Source: Verrucomicrobiota bacterium (lineage in GTDB: Bacteria; Verrucomicrobiota; Verrucomicrobiia; Opitutales; Cerasicoccaceae). Taken from it: a stretch of DNA of 64,000 nt. Below the pieces are notes generated by a model that worked only from the letters and a program-made list of their open reading frames with translations, searched no databases and had not been told where the DNA came from. The translations under genes and the position numbers were made by a program. Shown here piece by piece: positions 60,219 through 64,000 of this stretch. Location: NCBI GenBank assembly GCA_039818205.1, contig JBCBUK010000010.1, positions 1 through 64,000 of the forward strand. The letters run 5' to 3'. The first letter of the stretch is position 1; each line of letters starts with the position of its first letter.

Positions 60219-60725
60219 ATGATGGCAACAACAACAAGTCAATCTCCCGCAGTCGGGGTAATCATGGGAAGTCAATCAGACTGGGAAACCATGAGTCACA
60301 CCGCGGAAACGCTAGCCGAATTGGCGATTCCTTTTGAAAAACTGATCGTTAGTGCTCACCGCACACCCGACCGGATGGTCGACTATGCGCGCTCGGCCGA
60401 AGAGCGCGGCATTAAGGTCATCATCGCAGGTGCTGGTGGAGCGGCCCACCTGCCCGGGATGACGGCGGCTTTGACGCATCTTCCCGTGTTCGGTGTGCCA
60501 GTACAGAGCAAGGCGCTCAACGGAATGGACTCGCTTTTGTCGATCGTGCAAATGCCCGCGGGTATCCCGACTCCGACTTTGGCGATCGGTCGGGCGGGCG
60601 CAATCAACGCCGCTTTGTCCGCCGCATCGGTCCTGTCACTTTCTGATCCAGAGCTTCGGGATCGTCTTGTCGCCTACCGCGATGGGTTGAAAGCAACAGT
60701 CGAGGCGATGAGCTTGCCAGAGTAG
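60219..60725 (+). CDS. purE: N5-carboxyaminoimidazole ribonucleotide mutase
   Basis: [36 protein letters not shown]. Confidence 0.98.
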   Translation: MMATTTSQSPAVGVIMGSQSDWETMSHTAETLAELAIPFEKLIVSAHRTPDRMVDYARSAEERGIKVIIAGAGGAAHLPGMTAALTHLPVFGVPVQSKALNGMDSLLSIVQMPAGIPTPTLAIGRAGAINAALSAASVLSLSDPELRDRLVAYRDGLKATVEAMSLPE

Positions 60726-60734
60726 TCCGGCGAT

Positions 60735-61697
60735 CTATTCGTTGTTTTCGACCAAGCTGAATACATCGGATTTGACGAGGCCCACGAGTTCACCTTCGTG
60801 ATACACGGCAAACTCTCGGCCCGACTCAGCCGCAATATAATAGGCGAAGGAATCGAGTGGCCAATCAGCCTGGAGCTTGTGCTTGGTGGCGCGGAGCTCG
60901 GCTTCTTGTGACGGCAGGAATCCTTGCATGATGTCGGCAACCGTTTGCCCGGACAGATGCTGAAGCCGTTTGACACTCTTGTATTCTTCCTCACCAGCAA
61001 TCCATATCGTCACCAGCAGAATAACCAGCAGGTAGTTCTGGGAGTAAAGCAGGGCATAGCCAATGCCAGCTGCAGCCAGGATCTTTGAAAGCGTCGCGGC
61101 GACGAATGTCGCTCGCGGGTAGGAGATCCTCGTTGCGAGGATGGCACGAAAGATTCGCCCGCCATCCATCGGGAAAATGGGTAGCAGATTGAACAGCCCC
61201 ATGAGGATGTTCCAACTCAGCAGGATCCACACGAAGCTTTCCCATTGGAATGAGCGGAGGTGGTTGTAGAAGCTCCAGCCAGGGTTCTTCACCGCTCGCT
61301 CAATCCCATCAATGACAAACCCTACATTCTGGTAGCGCCAGACAAGGATTCCAAAAAAGAGAATAGCCAAGGCGAAATTGACCAGCGGTCCATTGATGGT
61401 AATGATAAATTCCTTCCGCGGCTCTTTTGGGATCGCTGCAATTTGGGCCATCCCGCCAATCGGCAATAAGACAATGCGCGGCACGGGGATCCCATAATAC
61501 ATCGCCGTCAAACTATGGCCCAGCTCGTGGAGAACCACTGAGGCGAATACCAGAATGATCGTTGCCATCCCGATCAGCGCTCCGGTGGTGCCCGCGTACT
61601 GGTTGCCAATGTAGGCATAATAACCAAGCAGTAGCAGGAAGGTGAAATGAACCTCCAGCCGGATTCCAAAAAGGCGGCATATTTTCAAAGAATACAT
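60735..61697 (-). CDS. Site-2 protease (M50) with a degenerate CBS-like tail
   Basis: HELGH, LLPIGG, GPLVN, FNLLPIFPMDGGRI; C-terminal TVADIM...LVGLV. Confidence 0.93.
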   Translation of the reverse strand: MYSLKICRLFGIRLEVHFTFLLLLGYYAYIGNQYAGTTGALIGMATIILVFASVVLHELGHSLTAMYYGIPVPRIVLLPIGGMAQIAAIPKEPRKEFIITINGPLVNFALAILFFGILVWRYQNVGFVIDGIERAVKNPGWSFYNHLRSFQWESFVWILLSWNILMGLFNLLPIFPMDGGRIFRAILATRISYPRATFVAATLSKILAAAGIGYALLYSQNYLLVILLVTIWIAGEEEYKSVKRLQHLSGQTVADIMQGFLPSQEAELRATKHKLQADWPLDSFAYYIAAESGREFAVYHEGELVGLVKSDVFSLVENNE

Positions 61698-61796
61698 CGA
61701 TACTTGCGCTTATACAAAACCCCTTTACCTTAGTTCCAATATTAATCCGCGCAATTCTTTGAGCAATTGGCGGTCGTTGAGTTAGAAATCGAAAAT

Positions 61797-63332
61797 ATGG
61801 CTGGTGCACAAAATATCTTGGTAATCGATGACGACGAGGGCTTGCGTTACTCGCTTGAGCGGGTGCTGTCCGCGCGCGGCTATATGATTTTGCAGGCATC
61901 ATCGGGCGAAGAAGGTTTGAAAGTCGCTGAAAACGAGAATCCATCGGTTATCCTGCTGGACAATCGTATGGGTGGTATTACCGGGATCGAAACCTTGCAG
62001 CACCTGCGGTCAGTCAGTCCAGATTCCATGGTAATCCTGATGACTGCCTTTGGGACGACCCAGACGGCGATTGAAGCCATGAAGTTCGGTGCGTTCGATT
62101 ACATCATCAAGCCATTTGATGTGGCCAAGATTCTTGGCCTGATCGAGAAAGCCCTCGCCGCGTATGCTGACTTGCACCAGTCCAAGGACACTTACGAGCC
62201 GACTGTTAATCACGAAGACTACCGCGAAGGCATCGTTGGTTCCTCGGAGTCCATGCAGGATGTCTTCAAGACGATTGGCCAAGTAGCCGCGAGTGATGTC
62301 ACCGTGATGATTACCGGTGAGAGTGGAACGGGTAAAGAACTCGTTGCGCGCTGCATCTATCAGCACAGCTTGCGCAGCGGTCGTCCGTTTATTGCGGTAA
62401 ACTGTGCGGCGATACCTGAGAATCTTATTGAGAGTGAGCTTTTTGGCCATGAGAAGGGCTCCTTTACGGGCGCCACTAATCAGCGCCGGGGAAAGTTTGA
62501 ACTTTGCGACGGTGGAACGATCTTTCTGGACGAAATCGGGGACATGTCCCTGACCACTCAAACGAAGATTTTGCGGGCAACCCAAGAAGGAGAAATTCAG
62601 CGGGTTGGTGGCAATGAAACCATCAAGGTCGACGTTCGGCTGATTGCTGCGACTAACAAGGATCTCGAGAAACTGGTCGAGGAGGGCGAGTTTCGTGAAG
62701 ACCTATATTACCGGCTCAACGTGGTTCGCCTGCGCTTGCCGTCCCTCCGTGAGCGCAAGGATGACATTCCGGCTTTGGTCGATTACATGCTCCAGAAACT
62801 CGGCCGAGACCGTAAAACCCACGCAAAGCGGTTTTCCGCTGATGCGATGGGTATCCTGACCGTCTACGATTGGCCCGGCAATGTGCGTGAGCTTGAGAAC
62901 CTAGTCTACCGCAGCGGTGTGGTGGCCGGGGGCGAAGCCATCCTAAGGAAAGACCTGCCGGAGGAGCTATTGGCCCGGTTTGGCGATGGCGTCTCACCGG
63001 TTGCCGGGAGTTCCGCGCCCTTTAGTGAGTCGAGCGAGGCCGCACCATCGGAAGCGGCAGAGGAGGTACCCGCTGCTGTGAAAGCGGCACCAACAGATGC
63101 GGCTCAACCTGTCTCCACGGCGGGGGTTGTTGGGCTCGAAGCTGCGTGCAATCAACTCTATCGCGTTCTGCGAGAGTCGACTGATGAGAATATTTTGGGC
63201 GAAATCGAGCGTGAGATGATCATTCGCGCCCTGAAGGAGTTCGACGGCAACCAGGTCAAAACCGCGAAACTGCTTGGGATCACCCGAGCCACTCTGCGGA
63301 AGCGAATTGAGCAGTTTGATTTGAAGGTCTAG
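61797..63332 (+). CDS. sigma54-dependent response regulator (NtrC/AtoC family)
   Basis: REC domain; [38 protein letters not shown]-terminal Fis-type HTH. Confidence 0.95.
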   Translation: MAGAQNILVIDDDEGLRYSLERVLSARGYMILQASSGEEGLKVAENENPSVILLDNRMGGITGIETLQHLRSVSPDSMVILMTAFGTTQTAIEAMKFGAFDYIIKPFDVAKILGLIEKALAAYADLHQSKDTYEPTVNHEDYREGIVGSSESMQDVFKTIGQVAASDVTVMITGESGTGKELVARCIYQHSLRSGRPFIAVNCAAIPENLIESELFGHEKGSFTGATNQRRGKFELCDGGTIFLDEIGDMSLTTQTKILRATQEGEIQRVGGNETIKVDVRLIAATNKDLEKLVEEGEFREDLYYRLNVVRLRLPSLRERKDDIPALVDYMLQKLGRDRKTHAKRFSADAMGILTVYDWPGNVRELENLVYRSGVVAGGEAILRKDLPEELLARFGDGVSPVAGSSAPFSESSEAAPSEAAEEVPAAVKAAPTDAAQPVSTAGVVGLEAACNQLYRVLRESTDENILGEIEREMIIRALKEFDGNQVKTAKLLGITRATLRKRIEQFDLKV

Positions 63333-63402
63333 GGCCACCATAGCCTGGAAAAAAGCGTTGAGTCTCCAGATTGGGTTTGCCAATCTCTCTCGCTTTTCAC
63401 CC

Positions 63403-64000
63403 ATGCAAATCGAACCCGAAGTCCGCTCCCAGATCGAAGAAATCACCCGCCGCGCCGGTCATTTGTGGAGGTATCTTTGACGTCCCAGCGAGGCAAAAAC
63501 GCATCGCTGAGCTCGAGGAGCAGATGAGCGCGGCTAGCTTTTGGGATGACCAGAAGGCCGCGCAGGTCGTCATTGGCGAAAGCAACCAATGTAAACGAGC
63601 GATCGAGCCAATCATGCGCTTCCAGCCCAAGGTTGACGATCTGAACGCTTTGGTGGAGTTGGTTGAAGAGTCTGACGAAGCCGATGGCGCCGAATTTGTC
63701 GGCGAAATAACGGCTAGTACGAAGGAGCTCCTCTCCCAGATTGATGATCTCGAGATCCAATCCTTCCTCAGCGATCCGATGGATGGCAACAACGCCATTT
63801 TGTCCATCCAGGCTGGTGCTGGTGGGACCGAGAGCTGCGACTGGGCTGACATGCTATACCGCATGTATACGCGCTGGGCCGAGCGCCGGGGTTTCAAAAT
63901 TGAGGTCCTCGACCTTCAACAGGGCGAAGAGGCCGGGATATCCAGCGCGAGTTTGAAACTCGAAGGTCCCAACGCCTTTGGTTACGCGAAGGCTGAGCGG
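63403..64000 (+). CDS. prfB: Peptide chain release factor 2 with programmed +1 frameshift; 3' end beyond the window
   Basis: Frame 0 gives [29 protein letters not shown] with GGAGG-TAT-CTT-TGA-C (63467-63481). The +1 frame gives [16 protein letters not shown]...FWDD...[23 protein letters not shown]. Missed by the ORF track. Confidence 0.97.

Noticed and set aside
63397..63956. ORF-track entries 63397-63897(-), 63443-63760(-) and 63741-63956(+)
   Set aside because: Shadows of the frameshifted prfB, which explains the region.

Overview
A gene-dense, mostly housekeeping chromosomal window with no rRNA, tRNA, CRISPR array, prophage or transposase that I could recognise. Protein style (PEP-CTERM tail, Ca-binding C-terminal modules, sigma54 motifs) suggests Verrucomicrobiota, probably Opitutia; this is an inference, not a database result. 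The window looks origin-proximal. dnaN follows a non-coding stretch with degenerate DnaA-box-like 9-mers and an AT-rich tract, but dnaA is absent. Two perfect parS palindromes lie in-frame inside an insertion loop of mnmG. Recognisable genes include dnaN, two 6-phosphogluconate dehydrogenases (NAD- and NADP-type), queG, recA, mnmE, mnmG, a PhoB/PhoR-like pair, trmB, a sugar ABC transporter, glpK, xpt, an M3 oligopeptidase, an SNF2 helicase, cls, purE, an NtrC-like regulator and prfB with its +1 frameshift. The best leads are: (1) parS sites encoded within mnmG; (2) a candidate sigma54-driven structured sRNA with repeated GGGGUA motifs, convergent with a histone-H1-like gene; (3) a 51-bp direct repeat bracketing an unknown methyltransferase-like gene between the two gnd paralogs; (4) an NCS2 permease fused to a degenerate RsbW-like ATPase domain; (5) a small coiled-coil/HTH protein with an H-NS-like layout. 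Together these hint at an origin-region nucleoid-organisation module, but this is unproven. All family calls come from motif recognition by eye; no searches were run.
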